The notes below the pieces were generated by a model, which worked only from the letters and a program-made list of their open reading frames with translations, ran no database searches and had not been told where the DNA came from. Below, in pieces: positions 24,092 to 36,500 of a stretch of DNA of 64,000 nucleotides (position 1 is the first letter of the stretch; each line of letters starts with the position of its first letter). Where the stretch lies: positions 84,320,001 through 84,384,000 of the forward strand of contig NC_043002.1 of assembly GCF_006345805.1 (NCBI RefSeq). The letters are read 5' to 3'. The translations under genes and the position numbers were made by a program. Source of the stretch: Octopus sinensis (lineage: Eukaryota).

Positions 24092-25702
24092 CAACTTCCG
24101 TCACTTTCCAGGGAGAAAAGCTAGAAGTAGTTGATAGTTTCTGTTACCTAGGTGACCAAGTCAGTAGCGGGGGCAGGTGCGCTGAGAGTATAACTGCTAG
24201 AGTAAGAATAGCCTGAGCAAAGTTTAGAGAGCTCTTACCTCTGCTGGTGACAAAAGGCCTCTCGCTCAAAGTAAAAGGCAGACTGTATGATGCATGTGTA
24301 CGTACAGCCATGCTACATGGTAGTGAAACTTGGGCTGTGACTGCTGAGGATTTGCGTAAGCTCGCAAGAAATGAAGCTAGTATGCTCCGATGGATGTGTA
24401 ATGTCAGTGTTCATAATCGACAGAGTGTAAGTACCTTGAGAGAAAAGTTGAACCTAAGAAGTATCAGTTGTTTTGTGCAAGAGAGACGTATGCGCTGGTA
24501 TGGTCATGTGATGAGAATGGCTGAAGATAGTTGTGTGCGAAAGTTCCACACCCTGGCAGTTGAGGGGACCTGTGGAAGAGGTAGACCCAGGAAAACCTGG
24601 GTCGAGGCGGTGAAGCACGACCTTCGAACTTTAGGTCTCACCAAGGAAATGACCAGTGACCGAGACCTTTGGAGGTATGCTGTGCGTGAGAAAACCCGGC
24701 AAGACCAGTGAGAACAGTCAAAATCAAGATCAAACCAAATTGAGGTCGATCAACATCAGGGCCCCCGTGCAGGTGACACGTAAAAGTACCATCCGTTCGT
24801 AGCCGTTCGCCAGCCCTGTCTGGCCCCCGTGTAGGTGGCACGTAAAGCACCATCCGTTCGTGTTCGTTGCCAGCCTGGCCTGGCCCCCGTGCCAGTGACA
24901 CGTAAAAGTACCATCCGTTTGTGGCCGTTTGCCAGCTCTGTCTGGCCCCTGTGCCGGTGACACGTAAAAGCACCATCCGTTCGTGGCCGTTTGTCAGCTC
25001 TGTCTGGCCCCCGTGCCGGTGACACGTAAAAGCACCATCCGTTCGTGGCCGTTTGCCAGCTCTGTCTGGCCCCCGTGCCGGTGACACGTAAAAGCACCAT
25101 CCATTCGTGGCCGTTTGCCAGCCCTGTCTGGCCCCCATGTCGGTGACATGTAAAAGCACCATCCGTTCGTGTCCGTTGCCAGCCTCGCCTGGCCCCCGTG
25201 CCGGTGACACGTAAAAGCACCATCCTTTCGTGGCCGTTTGCCAGCCCTGTCTGGCCCCTGTGTCGGTGGCATGTAAAAGCACCATCCGTTCATGCCCGTT
25301 GCCAGCCTCGCCTGGCCCCCGTGCCGGTGACACGTAAAAGCACCATCCGTTTCGTGGCCGTTTGCCAGCTCTGTCTGGCCCCCGTGTTGGTGGCACGTAA
25401 AAGCACCATCCGTTCGTGTCCGTTGCCAGCCTCGCCTGGCCCCGTGCCGGTGACACGTAAAAGCACCATCCGTTCGTGGCCGTTTGCCAGCTCTGTCTGG
25501 CACCTGTGCAGGTGGCACGTAAAAAGCACCCACTACACTCACGGAGTGGTTGGCGTTAGGAAGGGCATCCAGCCGTAGAAAGACTGCCAGATCTGACTGG
25601 GCCTGATGAAGCCTTCCAGCTTCACAGACCCCAGTTGAACCGTCCAACCCATGCTAGCATGGAGAACGGACGCTAAATGATGATGATGATGATGATGATG
25701 AC
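24092..25702 (+). mobile_element. RTE-type LINE, 5'-truncated (~1.6 kb)
   Basis: ORF 24247-24711 (LHGSETW, RWYGHV, RGRPRKTW); W codon changed to TGA upstream; 13-unit array; (gat)n tail. Confidence 0.95.
24760..25531 (+). repeat. 61-62-bp minisatellite, 13 units, two unit types
   Basis: taaa(a)g(c/t)acc recurs at about 24781, 24843, 24903, 24965, 25027, 25089, 25151, 25212, 25274, 25335, 25398, 25458 and 25520. Confidence 0.95.
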
Positions 25703-25758
25703 ATAATTATATTCATATATACTTATATACATACAAGCATACACACACACACATATCC

Positions 25759-25791
<33 letters not shown>

Positions 25792-25792
25792 C

Positions 25793-25823
<31 letters not shown>

Positions 25824-26135
25824 TATATACACGCACACACATAAAAGCATATGGCCAGGCATATGATTGAATGTGAAATACATTTGTTTTCTATTGTACG
25901 TATATGTTTTCATGTGTGTATGAATGTATAATAATATTTGTGTGCAAATGCATGTATGATTTCATATTTTTTAATGTGTGTGCATGTGTTCATCTTTTAC
26001 TAAAATTATCGTCAACTCTTTTTTTTTTTACTGGTAATTGATTCCTCTACACATCACAATTAGCAAATTCAAATGCGTTCTTCACTTTAATGCTAGCAGA
26101 CATTACTGCCATCAGGGAGATCATAAATTTTCCCT

Positions 26136-26149
26136 GTTGCTATGGAGAC
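26136..26149 (+). promoter_or_regulatory. Candidate RFX X-box in unique sequence
   Basis: GTTGCTATGGAGAC fits the RFX palindrome GTTGCCATGG(C/A)(A/G)AC; motif match only. Confidence 0.3.
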
Positions 26150-26383
26150 AGGCGAGAAGAAATTGTAAATCACCTGCAATGTGGCTTTCTGATGAAGCAA
26201 TAAACTAGCAATTTGTTGATATTCATGAATTGATCATAAACACAGTATTTGGAATTAGCCAGAATTATTTTACATTTTCATATATAATTATGTATAAGTT
26301 ATGTTTAGTATTATAATATAATTGCATATAAATGGTGCAGCTAGGTCATAAATGTATGAATAAAAGTCAGTATGGCCTTGGGT

Positions 26384-26780
26384 TTACTCTTTTACTCTTT
26401 TACTTGTTTCAGTCATTTGACTGTGGTCTTGCTGGAGCACCGCCTTTAGTTGAGCAAATCGATCCTAGGACTTATTTTTTGTAAGCCTAGTACTTATTCT
26501 ATCGGTCTCTTTTGCTGAACCGCTAAGTTACGGGGGCCATAAACACACCAGCATCAGTTGTCAAGTGATGTTGAGAGGACAAACACAGACATACAAACAC
26601 ACACACACACACATATATACATATATACAACGGGCTTCTTTCAGTTTCCGTCTACCAAATCCACTCACAAGGCTTTGGTCAGCCTGAGGCTATAGTAGAA
26701 GACACTTGCCCAAGGTGCCACGCAGTGGGACTGAACCCGGAACCATGTGGTTGGTGAGCAAGCTACTTACCACACAGCCA
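26384..26780 (-). mobile_element. SINE family A
   Basis: Near-complete copy. Confidence 0.9.
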
Positions 26781-26994
26781 AACTTTTTAAAAGAAATAGA
26801 TACTGGAGCTTATTTGCTTGAGACAATGCTGTAGCATGGCCGCAGTCCATTGAATGTAAAAAAAAGTAAAAGATAAAAGATTATAGTGTAACATAGGACA
26901 GAGTCAATTTGTTACCAAACTGAAGTAATCTGACTCTGAAATATTTCATGAAAGAATGTTTAGGATTAGATTGTCAGTAATGTGCAGTGCACTT

Positions 26995-27031
26995 GGTAAC
27001 ATCGTTATCAGCTTTGTCGTCATAGTGGTTG

Positions 27032-27065
<34 letters not shown>

Positions 27066-27300
27066 AATTATTGTCGTTGTCATCATTGTCATTGCAGAAG
27101 TCATTATCATCATCATCATCATCATCATCAGAATCTTCGTCTTTGTCAGTGTCGTCATTAACTGGCGTCACCCTTACTGTTATCAACAACTGCAGCTATG
27201 TCATCATAATCCCTGTTGTTGTCATCGTCATCGTCATCGACATCGTCGTCATCATCATCATCATCTTAATCATCATCATCGTCACCATTGTCATCAACAG
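26995..27300. repeat. Degenerate (ATC)n low-complexity tract
   Basis: Direct inspection. Confidence 0.9.
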
Positions 27301-27387
27301 GAATTTGGAATATGACAGCACAGAGACCCATTACCAGATGGTGGGGATATGTGAGTAGTAGACACCTTGTCTCTGCCTTTAGTATAC

Positions 27388-27478
27388 TGTATATATATAT
27401 ATATATATATATATACATAGATAGATAGATAGATATAAATATAGAGAGATAGATAGATATAGATATAGATAGATATAA

Positions 27479-27509
<31 letters not shown>

Positions 27510-27593
27510 ATATATATACATACATATACATATATGAATATATTTGTATGTATGTGTGTGTGTGTTTTTTTATGTATGTGTGTGTATATATAC

Positions 27594-27657
<64 letters not shown>
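27388..27657. repeat. Compound (TA)/(GATA) microsatellite
   Basis: Direct inspection. Confidence 0.95.
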
Positions 27658-27660
<3 letters not shown>

Positions 27661-28774
27661 AAATGACAATCCGGATCCCGGATATAACAACAAAGCTGAC
27701 CATAGCAAATGAAGTTACAACATCCGCAAATGATAAAATAACCTTTAGAAAACTGACCAATGAAAATTATGGTCATACCTTAAAGAATGGACTTATTCAT
27801 GTAAATACAAGCTAATCAAAATATATAACATGACTAATATAAAAAAAATGTAGGGCAATTACCCTGATGAGTTGGGTTGAAAACCTGTTGTTGTTGTGTG
27901 CACATGGGTTATTGTGTGGTGTGTGTGTGTGTGTGGATATTTTGTTAGAATACGTTAAATTGAAAATAAAGACCACTTTTTGGCATTAAATACTGTTTCT
28001 ATTGCTATTACCTTTTCAATAAGCCTGCTGGCCAATTGCAACACGAGTGCCTGAAAAGACACTGAAGTGCTATATACTGATGCCAGGGAGATTTGGCTGT
28101 TATATTGCTTGTAGACATCTGCCACTGAGGGACCCAAAACAGGGTGAAATCATGTAATCTGGCAGTTCCAGCAGCTGTAGGAGACAATTCTCACTTGTCA
28201 GTTATATAAATATGATTGCTTTTATGCACCACAAGTCCATATGAGAGGTCGTCTCTAGATTAAATGATGCACTATTAAGTGTTCTGACAAAACATCCATG
28301 TTAAGTTGGATATAAAGATTGCTTTTTGGTACTGATACTGTTTCTGTCACAATACACACACACACACATTATCAGTTCTCTCTCTCTCTCCCTATATATA
28401 TATATAATGCATAATATCTGTAGGACTTCAGAAGGTATCACATATACAAATATATATATATATAAAGTAGTGAAATTGATTTGATGATGATGATGGTTGC
28501 TTCAATATATCACTACTATCTCTAACCTAAAAGCTTTTTTAAACTGTTTCTTTTGTATATAGCGGTAATTTTGTTGAAAAATATTTATACTCAATTTGCA
28601 TATTAGCATTTATCTTCCATAAAATTACTGTTTAAGACTATTATTTAGCTTTCATGAAAAAAAAAAAAATTATACACTACAAATTATCATTGTCTACATT
28701 ATATGGTTTCATCATCATCATCATCAGCAGCAGCATCACCATCATCAGTATCACTATCATCATCGTTGTTGTCA

Positions 28775-28985
28775 TCATCATCATCACCATTTAATGTCTG
28801 TTTTCCATGCTGGCATGGGTTGGACAGTTTGACTGAATTTGGTGAGCCACAGAACTGCATCATGTGCCATGTCAACGTTGACATGGTTTCTATTGCTGGA
28901 TGCCCTTCCTAACACCAACCACTCTACAGTATGTACTGGATGTTAGTTTTCTTTATGCCACTAGCACCAGTAGGGTTATAAAGTA
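28775..28985 (-). mobile_element. RTE 3'UTR fragment, old
   Basis: tttaatgtctgttttccatgctggcatgggttggac..ggatgcccttcctaacaccaacc. Confidence 0.8.
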
Positions 28986-29204
28986 ACCTGCAGAACAAGA
29001 CAGAGCAAGAATAAGGATAAAAGAGAAAAAAGAAAGCATACTTGGCTAAGTAGGATGCACAGAATATTTGAGAGGGAGAAGAGGTGATTTTATGTATTCT
29101 TGGCTACCCTACAGTAATATAAGGTTGGTAGGGAGTATCTGGGGAAAAAATAAGATGGTTGATGAGATGGTGGAGCAAAACTCTCAAGAAACAAAAGATG
29201 GTAT

Positions 29205-29405
29205 ATGGCACCCATGCCAGTGGCACGTAAAAAGCACCCACTACACTCTTGGAATGGTTGGCATTAGGAAGGGCATCCAGCTGTAGGAAACCATGCTAAA
29301 TCAGATTGGAACCTGGTGCAGCTTCCCAGCTTACCAGTTTTCAGTCAAACCATCCAACCCATGCCAACATGGAAAATGGACATTAAATGATGATGATGGT
29401 GATGA
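29205..29405 (+). mobile_element. RTE 3'UTR fragment
   Basis: tggcacgtaaaaagcacccactacact..aggaagggcatccagc..(gat)n. Confidence 0.85.
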
Positions 29406-29492
29406 TTATATATATACGTATATATATATATATATAGAATTGTTTGTCGTAAAACATAAATCCAGAGAAAAAGCACACTCCAAGAGCAGTTA

Positions 29493-29683
29493 ATATTATA
29501 ATGGGGGAGGCTGGTTTATGGGATTAACCTGGGTTTCTTGTCCATAAAGGGTTTGGACTTATGGCAGATCATCAGACCCCAAACCTGTTGGCCTTTGGGG
29601 TCTGATGATGCACTGTAAAGCCAAACCCCTTATGGTTGAGAAACCCAGAGTATCCCTTAAACTGGCATCCCCCATGTTAATAT
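29493..29683. repeat. Imperfect palindrome (~90-bp arms), MITE-like
   Basis: Perfect inner stem atcatcagaccccaaa/tttggggtctgatgat with a 10-nt loop; outer arms pair with mismatches. Confidence 0.85.
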
Positions 29684-29686
29684 ATT

Positions 29687-29829
<143 letters not shown>

Positions 29830-29831
29830 TG

Positions 29832-30877
29832 TGGATGCTCAGAGTGTTACCACTAGAATAAGAATAGCCTGGGCAAAGTTTAGAAAGCTTCTAAACCTAC
29901 TGGTGACAAAGGGTCTCTCGCTCAAAGTGAAAGGTAGATTGTACGATGCATGTGTACAAACTGCCATGCTACACAGCAGTGAAACATGGGTCGTAACTGC
30001 AGAGGACATGTGTAGGCTCAACAGAAATGAAGCTAGCAAGATCTGCTGGATGTGTAATGTCAGTGTACACACATGACAGAGTGTAAGCGCCCTGAGAGAA
30101 ATGCTGGACATAAGAAGCATCGGATGTGGCGTGCCAAAGAGACGTTTGTGCTAGTATGGTCATGTACTATGGAACTATGGATGGATGAGGAGAGATGTGT
30201 GATAAAGTGCTACTTCCAAACAGTTGAAGGAATCCAGGGTAAAGGTAGACTCAGGAAGACATGGGATGAGGTGGTCAAGCATGACCTTCGAACGTTGGGC
30301 CTCACAGAGGCAATGCCGAAAGACCAAGACCTCTGGAGATATGCTGTGACTGCAAAGACCCGACAAATAAAATGAGTCCATGGTGTAACCTACACCAGTT
30401 TCACATAACCAGCCCCACCCCATTCAAAGTACCTTGGATCGTAGGGCAACTTGCTGTGCTTACCTTGGATTGTAGGGTGACCTGCTGTGCTTGAGACCTA
30501 TTGAGTCATGTACATCAACATCAAAATAAAAATCAAATGGAAATTGTAGTTGTCATACCCATGCCGGTGGCACGTAAAAAGCACCATCCAAACGTGGCCA
30601 ATGCCAGCACCACCTTGATTGGCTTCTGTGCCAGTGGCACATAAAAAGCACCAACTGATCATGGCCGTTGCCAGCCTCCCCTGGCCCCTGTGCTGTTGGC
30701 ACATAAAAAGCACCCACTACTCACACGGAGTGGTTGGCGTTAAGAAGGGCACCTAGATGTTGAAACACTGCCAGATCAGACTGGAACCTGGTGCAGCCTC
30801 CTGGCTTCCCAGACCCCAGTTGGACCGTCCAACCTATGCTAGCATGAAAAACGGACGTTAAACAATGATGATGATGA
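29832..30877 (+). mobile_element. RTE-type LINE, 5'-truncated, decayed
   Basis: [37 protein letters not shown]; 3-unit array; (gat)n tail. Confidence 0.92.
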
Positions 30878-30908
30878 CATATATATATCTATATATAAAT
30901 TACGTATT

Positions 30909-30961
<53 letters not shown>

Positions 30962-30972
<11 letters not shown>

Positions 30973-31236
30973 GAGGGCACTATTACACATAGATGCCTCA
31001 TGCTAGGAGGGACTCTTAAAGTCAAAACTACTAAAATAAATAAACACATCGCACTGAAACGATTCTCGAAGCAGGCCATTTAAAAACAGAATTTAGCCAC
31101 ATATCACACTGGTTTTAAATGGCCTGCTTCGAGAATCGTTTTGGTGCGACATTTTTATTTATTTTAGTAGTTTTGACTTTAAGAGTCCCTCCTAGCATGA
31201 GGCATCTATGTGTAATAGTGCCCTCTATATAATATA
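30962..31236. repeat. Fold-back palindrome (~128-bp arms, ~19-bp loop)
   Basis: 30962-31089 is the inverse complement of 31109-31236 with few mismatches; embedded in (TA)n. Confidence 0.95.
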
Positions 31237-31936
31237 AATAAATTAATTTAAAAGAAAAAATTGATGGTTTTTTCTCTTATGAGGTTTTTCACGTTAACTA
31301 CTTGATAAATTCTTATGAAGATTTTACCCTATTTTTAAATTATATATATATATATTACTTATGTATATATATATATGTATATATATATATTACTTATTAC
31401 TTACCATATTGTGGTAATAGCAGTAATAAGAAATTCAATACAAAATAGCAAAGTCAACATTGGAGGGTAGCATTATGTGAGTTTTGTAGATCAAGAGTGA
31501 CCATGCATCTGTGTATAAATATACAGAACTGAGTAAGATTTGGGTTGGGGGCTATGCATGCAAGTTTTCCCTTTCCATGATATCAATGGTTATCAAAGGG
31601 AAAGGCTGTCAATTAGGGCCGAGTGAAGGTGATACCAGTGTCACTGCAGAGACTGAAGTAAATATACATGTCTAGTAATTTTAATGGAAATAGCAGGACA
31701 AGTGACTAATGAAGAAGCAATTCTTTGACTACATTGGAATCAGTTGATTGAATGAATGTAGAAATTCTTAAGCAATTTATAGATTATAATGACATTTCTC
31801 ATGCTATTGGTTCTGTTCTGCCTTTCTTCATGTACCATGCCAACAGGCATCAGTGATCATGTATTTCTATGCCAAAGTCTGAAGATTCATGATTTTCATG
31901 GGAGAGGTACAGTAGCAGTGGTATATGGTTGTTGTA

Positions 31937-32354
31937 AAAGGCAGCGTGCTGGCAGAATCATTAGCACAACAGGCAAAATGCTTAGCGGTATTTCGTCTGC
32001 TGTTACGTTCTGAGTTCAAATTCTGACGAGGTCGACTTTGCCTTTCATCCATTCAGGGTCAATTAAATAAGTACCAGTTACGCACTGGGGTCAATATAAT
32101 TGACTTAATCCGTGTGTCTGTCCTTGTTTGTCCTCTCTGTGTTTAGCCCCTTGTGGGTAGTAAAGAAATAGGTATTTCGTCTGCCGCTACGTTCTGAGTT
32201 CAAATTCTGCCGAGGTCGACTTTGCCTTTCATCCTTTCAGGGTCGATTAAATAAGTACCAGTTACACACTGGGGTCGATATGATTGACTTAATCCATGTG
32301 TCTGTCCTTGTTTGTCCTCCCTGTGTTTAGCCCCTTGCGGGTAGTAAAGAAATA
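31937..32354 (+). mobile_element. SINE family B with a 184-bp internal tandem duplication and 16-bp TSD
   Basis: TSD ggtatatggttgttgt at 31920-31935 and 32355-32370; second headless copy at 32171-32354. Confidence 0.92.
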
Positions 32355-33499
32355 GGTATATGGTTGTTGTTATTTTGGGTGTGCTGCTACACCCAATGTC
32401 ACCAAATTTCAAGCAGGGGTATAGCAAAAGTTTTCCATTAAGATTTGTGATTAAATTAATTGAGTAAGGTTAATATTTATAATGAAAATGCCATTTTCAA
32501 TGGGTGTCACTGCACATGCAGCACTCCTGGGATATACGCCTCTATACAGTAGTGGTTTCCTGTTTCCTTCTGCATGTTTATTTACAGTTTACTCTGCTAG
32601 TCTCCTGCTCTCCCAAGTTCCCTTAAGACACAAGGTCTTTTTAACCTAGACATTGGAATTTTTCACATAGCATTAGGACATGTCCCCACAATGGTGGACT
32701 TGTGACACATATCTAGAGCCCATCCCACTTACAAGTGCTTTATGTCTTAGCCACATGACCATCTGCTATTTGACCCAAAACTAGGCTCTTTAACCATGTA
32801 CTGCCATTCTGGACCAGAGTAGACCTGAGAGCAATTCCTTGCTTCCCAAAACTTCCAAACTCTTAAGCTGAAGGTTTCCCACTGGATATAGTTTAATGTC
32901 TTACCTGGGATCGTTACTTCAGGAAATTTCTTTTATCATGAACTAAACTTGGAATTCAGTTTCTACCACAAGAAGAAATAGCTGAGAAAGAAGAAAGTGC
33001 CACCAAATATGACTTTTATTCTTGATTGCTTTCAAGACTCAAAGAGTACAGCCCTCTTATCCACTTCTAGAAATCTGGGAATGCTGTACAAAATTGTGCC
33101 ATATTCTGTACCATGTACTGAGTAAACTCACTCACTCATACACTTTCTGACACATACACACAAGCACAATCACTAGTAAACATACAAACACATACTCACT
33201 TATAAACATGCTCACACATGCACACAAGCACAATCAGTAATGTATGCACACACACACACACACACACACATTAAAAGATACACTCACAAGCATCTTCACA
33301 AATGTTCTCTATAACCTACATTACATATTTAGTCTCATTAGCATTAGTAAATATGCGTGAGTCAAAGTGAGCCTAATGAATAATAATTGGCAAATGTAAC
33401 AGATTGTAATCTTAAAATTATCATCCTTCAGATATTTGTGTGGCCATGACACAGTAATCATAGTATTTTGGCCAGTCCACTAAATCCAAGCTTGACCCT

Positions 33500-33905
33500 A
33501 ATCTGAAAACCATACGAGTGTGAACGTTGACAGAGCAGTTAACCAACTTCCGTACCAGTGGCACATAAAAGGCACCATTCGAGTGTGACTGTTGCCAGCT
33601 TCGCCTTACTGGCACTTGTGCCCCATGCTAGTAGGGTGCTAAGAGCATATACATATATATGTATATATATATTTATGTGTATGTGTCTTTGTGTCTGTGT
33701 TTGTCCCCCCCACCATCACTTGATGTTGGTGTGTTTATGTCCCGGTAATTTAGTGGTTTAGCAAGAGAGACCGATAGAATAAATACTACGTTTACAAAGA
33801 ATAAGTCATAAAATCAATTTCTTTGACTAAAACCCTTTAATGCAGTGCTCCAGCATGGCTGCAATCAAAATGACTGAAACATGTAAAAGACTAAAAGGTT
33901 AAAGA
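33500..33905 (+). mobile_element. RTE 3'UTR array remnant followed by a SINE A 3' half
   Basis: gtggcacataaaaggcaccattcgag..gccagcttcgccttactggc; from 33650 the SINE A 3' half. Confidence 0.75.
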
Positions 33906-34515
33906 CTTGAATAATTAATTGAAATACAGGAACCTGTACATAAATATAAATGATACAATGTTGTTAATACTGTACTGTGAAAGGTATTGTGAAACTGGGC
34001 TGCCCAGTAAACTAGTCTGGCAGTCATGAGAATTTGAAGTTCTTGCTTGTAAATTAGTGCTGATTATAAGAGGTTCTGGATCGTTAGTATCTGGAGAGTC
34101 ACTATTGTACATTTACTGTTAGACATCTTGTCCAGCACTCTGACAATTTCACCAAATCAGCACCACTATGGAGGTTTTTAGTAACCCTGAAAGAATGGAA
34201 AATAAAGTTGACTTTGGCAGGATTTGAACTCAGAATGCATATATCTAGAAAAAATATTGAAGCATTTTGCCTTATGCTCTAGCAATTAGATTGAATTTGT
34301 ACCACAAATCATAAGGAAGACACATGAAGCCAAAGAACACTCAATAACAGCTAGAATTACGACTTCAAGTCTGCAATATTTAACTTAGTGGCTTCATAGA
34401 AGACAGAAGATTTCTACACTAACTAATACTTGGGAGAAAAACTGCAGCACACACACACACAACACATGTGAACACATGCACACACATATGATACATACAC
34501 ACATGCACATGCATG

Positions 34516-34573
<58 letters not shown>

Positions 34574-34854
34574 GAAATACATACTGAACTATTGAGAATG
34601 CTGTAGCAATTATGCTCATCTATCTTATGCAGCATCCTATATACCAGTCCTTACTCCTTCTCTCCACCTTAAGCAACTTGTTATTGACATCCATCACTCA
34701 TTCTCACCATTGTCAACCTTTATTACTACCCATTACTCTCTTTCCCTCACTAAACCACCCTGTCACCCTGATAACTCTGTTTTAATCATCATACTCTTGC
34801 TCTCTTCACCTACCTAGCCTTGTTCTTTTGTCATCATTTCCTTGTCTGTTTATC

Positions 34855-35126
34855 TCTGCTGGATGTGCAATGTCAGTGTACATGTGTGACAGAGTGCTAG
34901 TGCATTGATAGAAAAGTTGGGCATAACTGGAATTAGATGCAGTGTGCAAGAGAGAAGACTGCACTGGTTTGGTCATGTGGTGCATATGGATGTAGACAGT
35001 TACATACAGAAGCACCAATCACTTAAAGTGGATGGAATGTATGGAAGAGGAAGACTAAGGAAGACATGGCTCAAAGACTTGGTATTATTTTTCTACAGCT
35101 CAATGCCCTTCCTAATGCCAACCACT

Positions 35127-35161
<35 letters not shown>

Positions 35162-35952
35162 CTATCAATTATATACCAAATATATGTTATTCTACCAAAT
35201 ATATACCAAATATATACATTATTATTATTTTGCAATTTACTTAATCATTGGTATAGTATTGTTATTTTATTTTTAATATTTCTATTATATGTAATTTTCT
35301 AGATGGTGTAATTTAATTGTTCATTTTGAATTTTTATATATATATATATATATGTTCTATCAATTATATACCAAATATATGTTATTCTACCAAATATATA
35401 CCAAATATATACATTATTATTATTTTGCAATTTACTTAATCATTGGTATAGTATTGTTATTTTATTTTTAATATTTCTATTATATGTAATTTTCTAGATG
35501 GTGTAATTTAATTGTTCATTTTGAATTTTTATATATATATATTTTATATTTATAATTTTTATATATATATTATATTTTGTGAAATTTATATAATAATAAT
35601 AATGAAATTATTGTATACAGTGCTCAGGTGCATCACAACTTGAAGGCCAATCTCAAGATACTAAGCCTTACAAAGGAAATGACAAAAGACCAAGATATCT
35701 GGTGCCTTGTTGTACTCAGGAAGACCTGTCCACTACAGCAGAATTGATAGCAGTGCTGGTGCCACATAAAAAGCAGTGTTGCTGGTGCCACATAAAAGTC
35801 ACTCTGTATACTCTGTGGAGTGGGTAGCATTAGGAAGGGCTTCCAACCATAGAAACCATGCCAGAACAGACAATGGAGCCTGGTGTGGACCTTGGCCTTT
35901 CCAACTCCGGTCAAGCCATCCCACCAATGCCAGCATGGAAAGCAGATGTTAA
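34855..35952 (+). mobile_element. Older RTE copy in two pieces (34855-35068, 35642-35952)
   Basis: WMCNVSV..VQERRLHWFGHVVHM..GRGRLRKTW, resuming KANLKILSLTKEMTKDQDIW; 3'UTR with two short gctggtgccacataaaa units. Confidence 0.8.
35131..35545. repeat. 195-bp tandem duplication between (TA)n tracts
   Basis: 35159 onward equals 35354 onward; no difference seen by eye. Confidence 0.95.
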
Positions 35953-35957
35953 GTACA

Positions 35958-36347
35958 GTTTTACTTGTTTCAGTCATTTGACTGTGGCCATGCTGGAGCA
36001 CCGCCTTTAGTCAAGCAAATTGATCCCAGGACTTATTATTTGGAAGCCTAGTACTTATTCTATTGGGCTCTTTTGCTGAACTGCTAAGTTACGGGGATGT
36101 AAACACACCAGCATCAATTGTCAAGTGATGTTGGGGGAGACAAATACAGACACACAAACATACACACACACACACATACATACATACATATATATATACA
36201 ATGAGCTTCTTTCAGTATCTGTCTACCAAATCCACTCACAAGGCTTTGCTTGGCCTGAGGATATAGTAGGAGATATTTGCCCAAGAGTGGGACTGAACCC
36301 GGAACTAAGTGGTTGGTAAGCAAGCTACTTACCACACAGCCACTCTT
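35958..36347 (-). mobile_element. SINE family A inserted in the RTE tail
   Basis: Near-complete copy; the RTE (gat)n resumes at 36348. Confidence 0.88.
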
Positions 36348-36500
36348 GATGATGATATTACATTACTTTGAGTAATGAGAACTCTTTATTCTTACCAGGT
36401 AACCTCACTAGTGCCATGATAAGATGCACCTAGTACAAGTAGTTGGTGATAAGAAGGACATCCAGCTATTGAAACAAAATCAGAAATAAAATATATGGTT

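Noticed and set aside
24638-25647. Long ORFs (217-272 aa) over the array
   Set aside because: Antisense translations of a GC-rich minisatellite cycling through frames; no protein evidence.
27860-27890. ctgatgagttgggttgaaa as a hammerhead core
   Set aside because: No convincing stems II or III and no correctly placed cleavage triplet.
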